From Adineta vaga (lineage: Eukaryota; Animalia; Rotifera): a stretch of DNA of 64,000 nt. This document shows positions 51,780-63,229 of the stretch, in pieces (position 1 is the first letter of the stretch; each line of letters begins with the position of its first letter). Location: NCBI GenBank assembly GCA_021613535.1, contig CP075497.1, forward strand, positions 8,866,001-8,930,000, read 5' to 3'. The position numbers were made by a program, and so were the translations under genes. A model generated the notes under the pieces. It saw nothing but the letters and a program-made list of their open reading frames with translations. It was not told where the DNA came from and did no database searches.

Positions 51780-52532
51780 TTATTTATTCATATATTTATC
51801 GTACAAATAGGAAGCAAGACCAAATCGTGCCCATTCGGTTACAACTGTTTGAGCTGTTTGTAAAGCAGTCACCGGAAGCGATAAAGAAGACGTTTGTTGT
51901 TCTGGATCATCTTTGATTAGCGTTATTTCTCGATCATCTTTTTCCTGATGAATATGTTTCATCATATCATCGATCAATTTAGGAAAATCATATTTGCTTT
52001 TCTCTTTCGTATTGATTAGATAAAGTGAAAGTTCAGTAACAGAAAGACTTGCTTGAAGATTTTGAAGACAATTATCACGAATGAGATTAAGAACATCAGT
52101 AATATTAAAATTGATTGGATAGTCACGACGATGATTTCGTAATTCTTCATCAATACCAGTTCGAATGAAGAAAAGTGTTTTATTAAAACGATCTCGAACA
52201 ATATCACTTAACCAGAGATCAATTTCTGTAAAACGTCCACGAGATAAAATTAAAAACATATCATAACGATTACTATCAATTAATGTACAATAATCATTCT
52301 TCGAAATCGTTGGCGTTGAAACACCTGGCACATCCCAGATGAAAACATTTTCAATTAATTTATAAGATGTTGGTGTTAAAGTTGTTTCAATAACGCCAAC
52401 TGGGGCGGATTCTGTTTGATCTGGTGATAGACCAAGAATTGAATTACATATAGAACTTTTACCGACACCTGAACGACCGAGAATCGCAATGTGATACGGT
52501 GCATTTGGTGGCCGATATTTAATTGTGGGCAT
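51780..52532 (-). CDS. IRG/p47 (IIGP)-like GTPase 3, intronless, G-domain only
   Basis: G1 GRSGVGKS, GVIETT switch I, G3 WDVPG, YDMFLILS..RFTEIDLWL, G4 region FIRTGID, YDFPKL. No IRG C-terminal helical domain. Confidence 0.88.
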   Translation of the reverse strand: MPTIKYRPPNAPYHIAILGRSGVGKSSICNSILGLSPDQTESAPVGVIETTLTPTSYKLIENVFIWDVPGVSTPTISKNDYCTLIDSNRYDMFLILSRGRFTEIDLWLSDIVRDRFNKTLFFIRTGIDEELRNHRRDYPINFNITDVLNLIRDNCLQNLQASLSVTELSLYLINTKEKSKYDFPKLIDDMMKHIHQEKDDREITLIKDDPEQQTSSLSLPVTALQTAQTVVTEWARFGLASYLYDKYMNK

Positions 52533-52654
52533 TCAAAAATCTGAAATTGAAAATGATACTTATCACCGATTTGTTTTGCATTATTAATCGTATAATTACA
52601 ACCATTGCGAGAAACTTAGAAAGAAAATTGTCAAATACAAGTTTAAAACAAAAG

Positions 52655-54179
52655 TTAGATCAAAGCTTGTCTCTGTTGTTCTTCTTGAATCATTCGATTC
52701 GATACATCTATGACGACATCAATAATTTTCAAAGATGCCTGTTCCATTCGTATAAGAATTTTATATAGAACACCATAACAAACACCAAATGATAATGTTG
52801 ATACAATCGCTGTTCCAACATATGGAACATATCGAGCAAATTCACCCGGGGCAGCTCTAATTGCTTGTTTTTTTGCAAAATCAAAAGCAAATTTTCGTAG
52901 AGAATTTAAATGTTGTAATGGAAAGATTTCATTTAATTCTTTTTCAATTCTTTGCATTGGAATTTGATAAACTTGAGATAATTTCAATAATGCGTCTTGA
53001 TCTAATCCTAATTGTTTTTTATAAAATTCAACTTCACTCATAACTAATGTTGCATCGAAACCAAGTGAAAGAAATGGTACTGGCACAACTGCAACAGCAG
53101 CTGATGCTGATGCTATAATCCATATTCGACGATGTAATGCAGCAACTTTTGCTATCAAAATTTCTTTACACGTGACTGACATGGATAGTATCATTGATTC
53201 ACGTTTCAATGATGGATAATCACGTACTAATGTTTCAGTTAATTTTCCAAAATCAAAACGTAAACGATTTTTTAAATGACCAGATATAAGGAAGACTTCA
53301 GCAGTGGAATCAATTGGTCGAATATGTTCCAAACAATTATTTCGAATATGTTGTAAAACTTCGTCTTCGTTATATGTACTTGGATGATCTTCATATTCGT
53401 TATGTAAATCTGAATCGATATTTGTCCGAATAAATAGAAATCGTTTGTTTTTAGTTTTTACTTCTGATGCTAACCATAAGTCATTTTCTAATTGAAAAAT
53501 AGAAAGAAAATAATTTTAGATAAAAAGCTCTTCGTCTTACCAGTAAAACGTGTTCGACAAAGTATGAAAAAGAAATCATATCGTTCAAATTGAATCTTCT
53601 CTAAATAACATGAACGAGGATAATTCGGTGTACCAACACCTACAATCAAAATTCTTTTGTTCTAGTCGTATTAAAATCGATGAAAACAAATATTTAACCT
53701 GGCAAATCCCATATTTTTAGATTAGGAAAATCTGGATGTTCATATGCTCTTGGTTCATTTGTTGTTTCAACTATACCAACATCAGCTGAACCATTATCTT
53801 CTGCTTCTAAACCACGAAAGCAGTTAATAAACGTAGATTTACCAACTCCACTAAAACAATAGTCAATCAATTATTCAAATACAATATTTTATGATCATCT
53901 TCAATATCGAACCTTGAGCCAACAACTGCAATATCTAAAGGATGTTCCTTCCACACATTCAATCGTTGTGATAAATACGTATCTAAACCATTAACACCAT
54001 TTCGCTAAACATATAAATATTTATATAAGATCAAAGAAAAATACAACTGAACTAACATGAATAAATGCTTCGGCTCCTCGTACTTCTTCATCAGTAATGT
54101 ATTGAAAATTTCCACCGGTTGTAATCGATTCAACAAATGGTTCACGATAAAAAAATTGTTCAAAATCTGAGAAATTCAT
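52655..54179 (-). CDS. IRG/p47 (IIGP)-like GTPase 2 (5 exons)
   Basis: PLDIAVVGSSGVGKSTFINCFRGL..ADVGIVETT..YEHPDFPNLKIWDLPGVGTPNY..RFTENDLWLA..FIRTNIDSDL..FLISG..FDFGKL, followed by the C-terminal ASASAAVAVVPVPFLS helix typical of IRGs. Confidence 0.92.
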
Positions 54180-54292
54180 ACGTAATCTTAAATAGAAAAA
54201 AAAATGAACACAAAGACGAAGATATTTTGATTCAATAAATTATACAATACAACAACGAAAAAAAATCACTCATATAATAATTATAATTCTTA

Positions 54293-55966
54293 TCATATAA
54301 GTTCATCATCATCTTCATCATCGCTTATACTTCTTTCAGCAACAATATCAATTAGTGCTAATGCTGCTTTTTCCATAACATTTAATAAATTTCTTAGAAC
54401 AGATAAAATAATAGAGAATGAAACGGTCGCACAAATGACTGAACCAACATAAGGAACATATCGAAGAACTTCTTCTGTTGCTGTTCCAACGGCTTGTTTT
54501 TTAACTAGCGACACAACAAATTCAGGAACAGCAGTAAAAAAATGTGCTGGTAAGATCTTTTGTAATTCATCCTGTATAACATATACTGGTATATGATGAA
54601 TTTGAGCGATACGTGCTAACGATTCATCATCTAATCCTAATTGTTTCTTATAAAATAAGACAAAACCAACCGTTAATGAAAAATCAAACATAACACTAAG
54701 ACCAGGTATAGGTGGAGTAGCAACAGCAGCACTGACAGCTGCTGCTACCCATGTTTGACTACGAAGAATATCGACTTTAGCTCTGATCACGTCTTTACAA
54801 TTCGTTGACATAGCTAATATCATTGCATGCCGTTTTAAACCAGGATAATCTCGTAAAAGTGCGGAACACATGTTAGGAAAATCAAATCTAAACAAATTTC
54901 ATATATTTAATATTCAATCAAACTAAGAAATCAATTCTTACCGTGATGTATAATTAATCCTTCCACTGATAAGAAATATATTGGCATTATCATCGACTGT
55001 TCGAATGTGTGTAAGACAATTATCTCTAATTCGTTCTAATATTAATGTTTCATTATAATTTTTTGGATGATCAATTTTTTCATTATATAAATCTTGATCA
55101 ATATTTGATCGTATAAAGAAAAAACGTTTACCAATTTTTTTGATTTCATTTGCAAGCCATAAATCATTTTCAGTGAAACGTGTCCGTGAAATGATTAAGA
55201 CTAAATGAAACAAAAGAGTCGATGAGATATTTGAGTTCACTGAGACAAAATATATTCGTACAGAAATCATAACGAGATAGATTTACTTGCTCGAAATAAG
55301 TTGATTTTTTAAATTCTAATGTTCCAACACCTTAAATCGTAATTGAAGGTTAAGGTAGAGATGAGAATAAAAAAGCAAGAAAACCAAACCTGGTAAATCA
55401 TAAAAGATAAGGTTAGGATAACTAGGATGTGAATAGGATTGCACAATTCGTGTTGTTTCAATTACTCCAACTTTTGCTGCACCTTCATCCTCTAAAATCA
55501 AAATCAGTATTAGTTATACAAATTACATAGTTGATTGATAATATTAAGAAAAAAACTAGCGTTCAAATTATTCTCAAATAGTAATCAAAATTTAATAATT
55601 ACCTGCGCGAAGATTACGTAATGTATTGATTAGAGTCGATTTTCCCTATTTGAATAAAACGAAATATTCAGTTATTCTTCTCAGAATTCATAATTGGAAA
55701 ATATCATGCATGGGTACATACTGCTCCTGAATCACCAGTAATTGCAATATTTAGTGGACTAAAGTAAGAAAATGTCTTCAATAAGACAGCGGATATTCAT
55801 GAAAAGAAACGAACCATTTTCTCCATGCATCTAGTCGTTCTGCAAGAAAACCTTCAATTCCACGAACTCCATGTTCATTAAGATGTTTCTGTGCTGCAAC
55901 TTTATCATCTTCTGATAAATCTACCATATCATAATCAAATGGCGGTACATTTGTATTACTTGCCAT
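54293..55966 (-). CDS. IRG/p47 (IIGP)-like GTPase 1 (7 exons)
   Basis: PLNIAITGDSGAGKSTLINTLRNL..AAKVGVIETT..YSHPSYPNLIFYDLPGVGT..RFTENDLWLA..FIRSNIDQDL..FLISG..FDFPNM..AAAVSAAVATPPIPGLS. Confidence 0.92.
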
Positions 55967-56145
55967 TTTTTACTTATGAATCAGTTAATCATCTAGAACG
56001 ATAATGATTCATCGATGATACATTTTATTTATTCCATCTCTTTTTTTTTCTTTCTACATAAATGAAATGAAAGACAAAAATAGAATACATTATATACAAA
56101 ATAATATGAAAAAAAATAGATATATGTATATTTATTTATTGATAT

Positions 56146-59100
56146 TTAGAATCCATTTGTATCTGACATTGTCGTTTGATTTTGATGAATATTTGTACTA
56201 TGAGAATCGTACGAATTTGCTTGATCCGTATGTTCAGTCATTGTAATATCGTGTTCATCTTGACTATGACTAGGATTCGTTTGTTCGTGTGACGACCTGA
56301 AATGATAATGGACATATTAATCAGATTTGAATTTTCAATGAATTATAATTTGCTTACATAAGATGAGATTTCTTTCGTTCTTCTAATTTTTTAGCAAAAA
56401 GTGCTGGACGAAGTGATGCTGTTTGAGAACAATTATTAACTTTATAGATACCAATGAGATAATCAGCTAATGTAAACATATTTTCACGTAATGAAATAAC
56501 AATGAATTGTGCCTAAAAAAGAAAAGAAATTTTGGTGATTAACAAAATATGATAAGGATCTTTTTATGATCATTTACATTTTTAGTTCGTTCTTTGATAA
56601 AGCGACCAACAATTGAGACATTCTTAAAATCAAGTGCAGCATCAATTTCATCCATAACGTAGATAGGTGTTGGACGAAATGTATGTAAAGCAAAGACAAA
56701 TGCTAATGAACTTAAAGTTTTTTCACCACCTGATAAATTACAAATACGTTTCCAAGATTTCTTTGGCGGTCGAATACTAGGAAAAAGTGATTCGATATGA
56801 TGAAAAGACACACGTTTCCTCCAAAAAAAAAGTATCTACCTTAATTCAACGCCATCAACAAATGGATCGTTACTTGAACAGAATTCTAATTCAGCATCGC
56901 CACCATCGGTTATAGTTCGATAAATATGTTTAAGTGTACGTGAAATTTGATCAAAACCAGCTCGAAATTCTGTTTGACGTTGTTCATTAAATCGATCACG
57001 TTTTGCACGAATATGATCACGACGGGTTTCGAGTTCAACTAAATCTTTCTGTCGAAGATTTAAATTACGATTCTTGACAGAAAAAAGATAAGTTTTAATA
57101 CATGAATCAATTAATCAAAGATTATCTTACAGCACGACGATGTTCACCAATGGCAGTAAGATTACAATGTGTTTGTTTTAATTCATTTTCACGTTCTAAT
57201 GTTGCTGCAACTAAATCTTTCATTGTATAAACATCGAGATCAGAACGATCATATTTCTGTATATGAACTTCTTTAAGAAAATTGGCCGATGTACTTTCAT
57301 CAGAAATATCTTCTTCATCTTCAATTACATGACTTAAACGTAAGCCACTAATCTAAAAATATATTCATATAACTTTTCTTTTTCACGATAAAAATCTCTA
57401 GAAAGAAACATACTTCAACATCAATAACACCAATTTCATGTCGACATTGTGCTAATTCTTTTTGTGCTGCTTCATAGTCGTGCTTTAAATGAACAATTTC
57501 TTTTTCAATATCAGCTAGTTCAGCTTCTGTGACACGAATTGTGTCACGTAATTCAGCCATGTTGGTTTTATTTGTTTCTGATTCGTTCTAAAAGAATCAA
57601 ATGAAGATGTTCTTCATTGATTAGATGTTTTTATAGCAACTGACTTCAATTTCGTTTTTCTTTTCATCAGCAGTTTTCGCTAATTCTTCCAGTTTTTCTA
57701 ATCTTGCATTGAGATCGTCACGTTTTTTCAATATTTGATCAATCGCTGTTTGATTAGCTTTCACTTTATCCTGACTTTTTTTTAAATTTCTAAAAAAAAG
57801 ATTCAAATAAAGCACATGAATGAAAACATCGATGTCATCACACTAACCGACGAGCATTGGTAATTTCGACATTAGCTGTATCAATGATATTTTGTAATTG
57901 TTTAACTTCATTCACAGCATTGTCAAGATCAGCTTGTGGTTTAGCAAGTGCAAGTTTATTATGATCATTGATACGTTTCGTTACGCTAGAATGGAACATA
58001 TATATGAGAGATGGTCTCACAAATAAAAAAGACTAAACTTACACGTCAATTGCTGCTTTTAATTTTTCGAGTTCATCATTGGCCACGTCATATTCTATAT
58101 GAAGAAAAATGAATAAATAAAGAAATCAAATTAGTTACAAGTTACCTTCTTTTGTTTGTTTCAATTCCTCATCATAGGTTTCTCGATCTTTTGTTGAAAC
58201 TGTTTTTGATTCAACAAGTTTTTGTTGTTTTTCAACCGATGCTTTTAATGTTTCGACATGATTTGGTAGATTCTACAACATAAAACATGTTCAATTCTGA
58301 TTTTATAACTATCTTCATATTCAAAATTTACTTTGAGATCATTTTTCACTTGAGTATATGTTCGTTTTTCATCAGCTAATTTTTGTCTCAATTGTTTCTC
58401 TTCAGTTGTTAATTGAAAACGTTGTTGTTCAAGTTCAGTTAATTTTTCTCCATCCTAAATTAACGAAAACAAAACAAGATCTTCCCGGGGTTTTTTTTCT
58501 GCTCATAAAATTGATCTCACTTCTTTAACACTTTTTTCTAATTGATTCTTTTTCGCTGGATCAATTGTTATACTTTGTCGTGCTGAGATTCGATTATCTG
58601 CTGATTTCAATGTCATTTTACCACGAGCTTGATATGAACCACCACCAGACATGGTACCTGATTGTTCAATGATTTCACCTTTAAGAGTAACAACACGATA
58701 ACGTGTTTGACTACCAAATGCAACTTTTTGTGCATCATCAATATTATCAACAACGAGTGTATCACGAAGAACATAATAGAATGTATTTTTATATACCGAA
58801 TCATTAATATCAATTAAATCAAATAAACGATAAGTATTCGGTGCTAATTGTGGAACATCAAAACGACGATTGGCTTGTTGAGCATGACGCAGCATTTTAT
58901 CCATACAAATAAAACTGCCAGTACCTTGTTTATGTTCTTTAAGAAGATTTTTAGCTGCTTCACCACTTTTAACATCATCAACAACATAATAATCAAGATA
59001 ACCACCTGCAGCTGTTGAGATAGCAACATCATATTTACTATCGATATTAGCTGAAATAAGAGAACAACCATATATCTATCTTCTGAAATTTTTCAAAAAA

Positions 59101-61121
59101 GATTTTCTTACCAAGACCACCCAATCGTTGATGAAAACCATGCAGTTTTCCTTGTTGTTTTTGTCCAAGAAGAAAATTCAACGTTTTATCACGACTTTGT
59201 GTTGTTTGCATTTGTGAATTCATATTATTTAATTCTAATTGATTTTGTCGAAAACGTTTATCAATAACCGTATATTCTTGTTCAATATCTTTCAATACTT
59301 GTTCTTTTTCTCGATGTAATTCTTCAGTTTGAATAAGTTGTTGATCAATATCACGAAATTTGTCTTGTTTTATTTCAAGTTCTTTCTGTTTATTTTCATA
59401 ATCATTTTTCATTTCATTTAATGTATTCTTATGTCGTTCTTCTTCACTTAATAATAATTGTAAACGATTTTGTGCTAATTCATAATCTTTCTTCTTATTC
59501 GCATATTTATCTTGTTTAAATCGATTACAATTATTAGTTTTTTCCGTTAATTCTTTTCTCCATTCTTCTGTTTGAGGCAATAAATCTTGTTTTAATTTAT
59601 TTAATTCGGATTCGAATTTTTCTTGTTCCATTTCAGCTACTTTCAATTTCTCTTCTGCTTCAGTAATTTCGTTCGATTTTTCATTTGGTATATTTTCCCA
59701 TGTTTGAATTTTTGTTGTTTCTTGTTCGTTTTGTTTTTCATATTTCTTTTCTTGATCAAAACTTGTTTTTATTTCATGTCGAATCGTTCCATCTTCGGTT
59801 TCATAATCGACAAGTGATTTTTTTAATTTTGTTAATTCATTATTATTTTTATCATAAGATTTTTGAAGACGATTTAATTCATCTTGACTTTGTTTACATA
59901 ATTGTTTTTTTGCATGACATTGTTCATTGGATTCTTTCATTTTCTCTTCTCGATCAGTGTATTTAACAGTAAGAGCAACTTCTTGATCACCTAATTCAAA
60001 TCGTTTTAATTGTAACATTTTAGATTTGGATAATTTATAATCATTATCACATTTGATAAAATCTAATGCTTGTTGATAAGGACCATCTAATTGTTGAACT
60101 TCATTCTGAGCAGCTTTAACACGGTTTTTCTATAAAAATTTCAAAATTTTTCATCAAAGCTTTTTGAACAAAACTTTTATCTACTTTTTCAGCCCACATT
60201 GCACTCAATTCTTCCACTTTTAGATTGAGTAATTCTAATGGTTTTTTAAATCGTTCTGTACCAATAATATCTTCTAAATATTCAAGAAAACCTTGTTCAT
60301 GTTCATTAGCTGCGATTGGTTTCATCATTGCAATTGATTCGACATCACCCTTTAAAACTCGTTAATGTATCAAATGATCTTTTTAGAAGAAGAAGAAGAA
60401 AACATACTTGAAGAATTAAATATCGACTATGATCAAGATCAACACCATATTCACGTAATAGTTTTGTCACTTCTTTTAATGAAACTTGTTTTTCATTGAT
60501 TTTATAATGACTTGAATTGTCCGGAAATGCGATACGTGTTATAGAAAAACGTATTTTTTCTTTTTCACCTTCGATTGCTATTGCTTCGAAATGGACAGTT
60601 ACCGAACAACTCTTTACATCTGGACATTCCGCACTATTATGCAAAAGTGTACTCAACTTAGCACCACGCATTTTCGAAGCACGATGACCAATCACAAAGA
60701 GAAGTGAATCAATAACATTACTTTTACCTAATTTAAAAAATTCATTGAAAGATTTTACATATATATTTCTACACGTACCGCTGCCATTAGGTCCGATGAT
60801 ACATGAAGTGCTAGAATAGAAAATAGATGGAAATACTAATAAGATGAATGTTAACTTTTCATACTTCATCGAATTGATCAAGTTGAATACGACCAGCAAA
60901 TGATTTGAAATTATTAATTTCAATTTTATTGATAACAAGACGATATTTTGGTGTTAGAAGTGCTTGAATATGTTCAGGTAATGGTGGTAATTCCAATGTT
61001 TCAACATCAATTTCTAAATAGACAATATTTCGTTTATTTATGCAGAAAAAAACCCTTTTTGTTTATTATGATTATCTATACCTTCGTCGGCACCTTCATC
61101 TTCTTCTCCTTGATGAGTCAT
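56146..61121 (-). CDS. SMC4: Structural maintenance of chromosomes protein 4 (condensin)
   Basis: NFKSFAG..CIIGPNGSGKSNVIDSLLFV Walker A, GVDLDHSRYLILQGDVE, long coiled coils, hinge RLGGL..DTLVVD..YRVVTLKGEIIEQSGTMSGGG, then RPPKKSWKRICNLSGGEKTLSSLA and PTPIYVMDEIDAALDFKNVSIV. An apparent 2-nt lesion lies near 60805. Confidence 0.96.
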
Positions 61122-61441
61122 GAAAGGCGAATATCTGTGTAGAATAGATTCTGATTTCTCTGAACAAATGATCAATGACAAATGTAAAGAAAAACGAACA
61201 AAAAACGAAACGAACTTTTCAAGATAACCAATAAAGAAAGACGTCTTAGTGTAAAATGACCAATAGAAGCAATGTTCTGTCTGAAGCAACTGACATAGAT
61301 GACGCTAAAGACTTCCTGTAGGAAAATCCTCAAATCTTTAAGCAATAAAGAAGTTGAAAGTGACTCTATTATCTTTTGACAATCAAAAAAATGAAATTAA
61401 TGTTTTATTTCTATAGAGTGAAAATCGTCCTGAATCTGTTT

Positions 61442-62800
61442 TTAATTCGATGTGTTTTCCCAAACAATTTTTATAGTATAAACACGTAACATTGAAGGTG
61501 CAGGATAAGGAGGTGGTCGCGGTTCATCACGATTACTACCTAAAGTTTCCCAACGTAATATAAAACGAATATTTGAGACATTGTATTGACCAGAATCTTC
61601 CAAAAGTCGTACGCCTAAACCTGGAAATGTACCTTCTACTTTTAGAAGTGATGGTGGTATGGTTTCTCGTTGAAGTTTACCAGTAGCATTCAAATTTTGG
61701 GGATCAATTGACCATGTACCATTACCAAATTTAATATGACTAAATGTTTGTGTTAAATTTCCATCCGTTTCTTTCGTTACTCGTCCGAGTGAAATAGCAA
61801 AACTCAATGTACCTCCACCACCGAAATCCCAGTGCCATGGCCAATTTGTAATTTGATATTTTTTCCACATACCATTTTCTAATCGTGCTGTCCATGGTTG
61901 TGTATAATTTTGTGCATCATTTTTATGATAACTAATCGTCACACGTCCTTGTTGATCAAAACCAATCTTTGTATTACCATTGATAATTCCACCTTTTTGT
62001 GGAACAGGATCAACAATCTCACATGTTTCTAAAGTGATGGGTAATGTTAATGATTTGCCAGAACTAGTTTCCCAAGATATTAAATCTTTACTACGTGCAT
62101 AACTAAGATCATGATTTGTTGAAGCATCTGGTGATTCACGCCATACCCATGCTAAATGAAAATAACCATCTGGACCTTTGATTGGTCCATCGAAATATGC
62201 ATTACGTTTGCCTTCACCATCTGTTAGCGATTTATCAAGTAGACGTCTCCATGTTTTCGTTTTCAAATCATATATATTATAAATCTGATTGCCATTACCA
62301 CTCATACCTGAACGATATGTAAAGATAAATTCATTTCCTGGTCCACGCATAAATATCGGATAAGTTGTACGATTCTCATCTGTACCAATCATTCGATTTA
62401 ATTCAACAAATGTTGAAGCATTCAATGGTTGTGCTGTACGGAAATATACCAATGGTACAACATGCATATTACCACTCAAATGTATATAACCATCATCATC
62501 AATTGCCATTGCAATATAATTATGACTATCCCAACCTGTAACTACTGGTAACTTATTGATTGTCCATACACGCTGGTTTAAATTACGTTGTGCAATGGTC
62601 ATCTGACGTTTTGCATCATAATACGCAATAAATTGATATGATGCTTGTGTCAATAAAACGAAATTTACGGGATGTCCAGCCCATACCGGTTCAATATCCA
62701 ATAAATCGATGACAATAGCATGTTCAGTTTTATTATCTGTCAAGCATGTAATAGTGGGTAATGCTAACGTACATACAATGATAGTAAGGAGAGAATGCAT
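61442..62800 (-). CDS. Secreted BNR_4-type beta-propeller protein (putative polysaccharide lyase/glycosidase), intronless, bacterial-like
   Basis: Signal peptide; WDSHNYIAMAIDDDGYIHLSGNMH, TYPIF, YRSGMSGNG, TNHDLSYARSKDLISWE (Asp-box-like) and GGIING. I recognise this motif series from bacterial BNR repeat-containing family proteins. Confidence 0.85.
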   Translation of the reverse strand: MHSLLTIIVCTLALPTITCLTDNKTEHAIVIDLLDIEPVWAGHPVNFVLLTQASYQFIAYYDAKRQMTIAQRNLNQRVWTINKLPVVTGWDSHNYIAMAIDDDGYIHLSGNMHVVPLVYFRTAQPLNASTFVELNRMIGTDENRTTYPIFMRGPGNEFIFTYRSGMSGNGNQIYNIYDLKTKTWRRLLDKSLTDGEGKRNAYFDGPIKGPDGYFHLAWVWRESPDASTNHDLSYARSKDLISWETSSGKSLTLPITLETCEIVDPVPQKGGIINGNTKIGFDQQGRVTISYHKNDAQNYTQPWTARLENGMWKKYQITNWPWHWDFGGGGTLSFAISLGRVTKETDGNLTQTFSHIKFGNGTWSIDPQNLNATGKLQRETIPPSLLKVEGTFPGLGVRLLEDSGQYNVSNIRFILRWETLGSNRDEPRPPPYPAPSMLRVYTIKIVWENTSN

Positions 62801-63229
62801 GCTGATAAATAGCCTATGATTCTCCTAGTTTGGTTTTCTTAAACTACTGCTTAAAAGATAGAGAAAGATATTTATCTGTTACTTTCTTTTGAAATTTTAT
62901 TTATATTCTTATCGTTCTTATCTAATAAATTAAAAGTACTTATGATAAAGAGCTAAAATTAAATATTAGGTTCTGGTTGTCAACACGCATCGAGAAGACT
63001 TCCATTATTTTTTTAAATCAGAATGATCAATTACACCTATCGATATTTCAAAAACATATTTAAATAAAAACATGAGTCAATCTTCTAATAGGTCGTTGTC
63101 TCAGTTGTTACATTTGAATTTAACTCGCTCTTCTATTGATCAGCAGAATTACTGACTAATTCATTTTTCGTAAGTGTATCTAAAATAATAATATATGAAA
63201 GTAACTAAATAAATCATGGTAGACAAACT

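Noticed and set aside
24221-61121. Idea of a genome-maintenance gene cluster (53BP1, tankyrase, SMC4)
   Set aside because: The genes are more than 10 kb apart and interspersed with unrelated genes; co-occurrence is plausible by chance in a gene-dense genome.
33781-62800. Bacterial contamination as the source of the intronless enzyme genes
   Set aside because: They are interleaved with intron-rich metazoan genes, share the host's AT-rich codon usage and show no bacterial operon or Shine-Dalgarno context.
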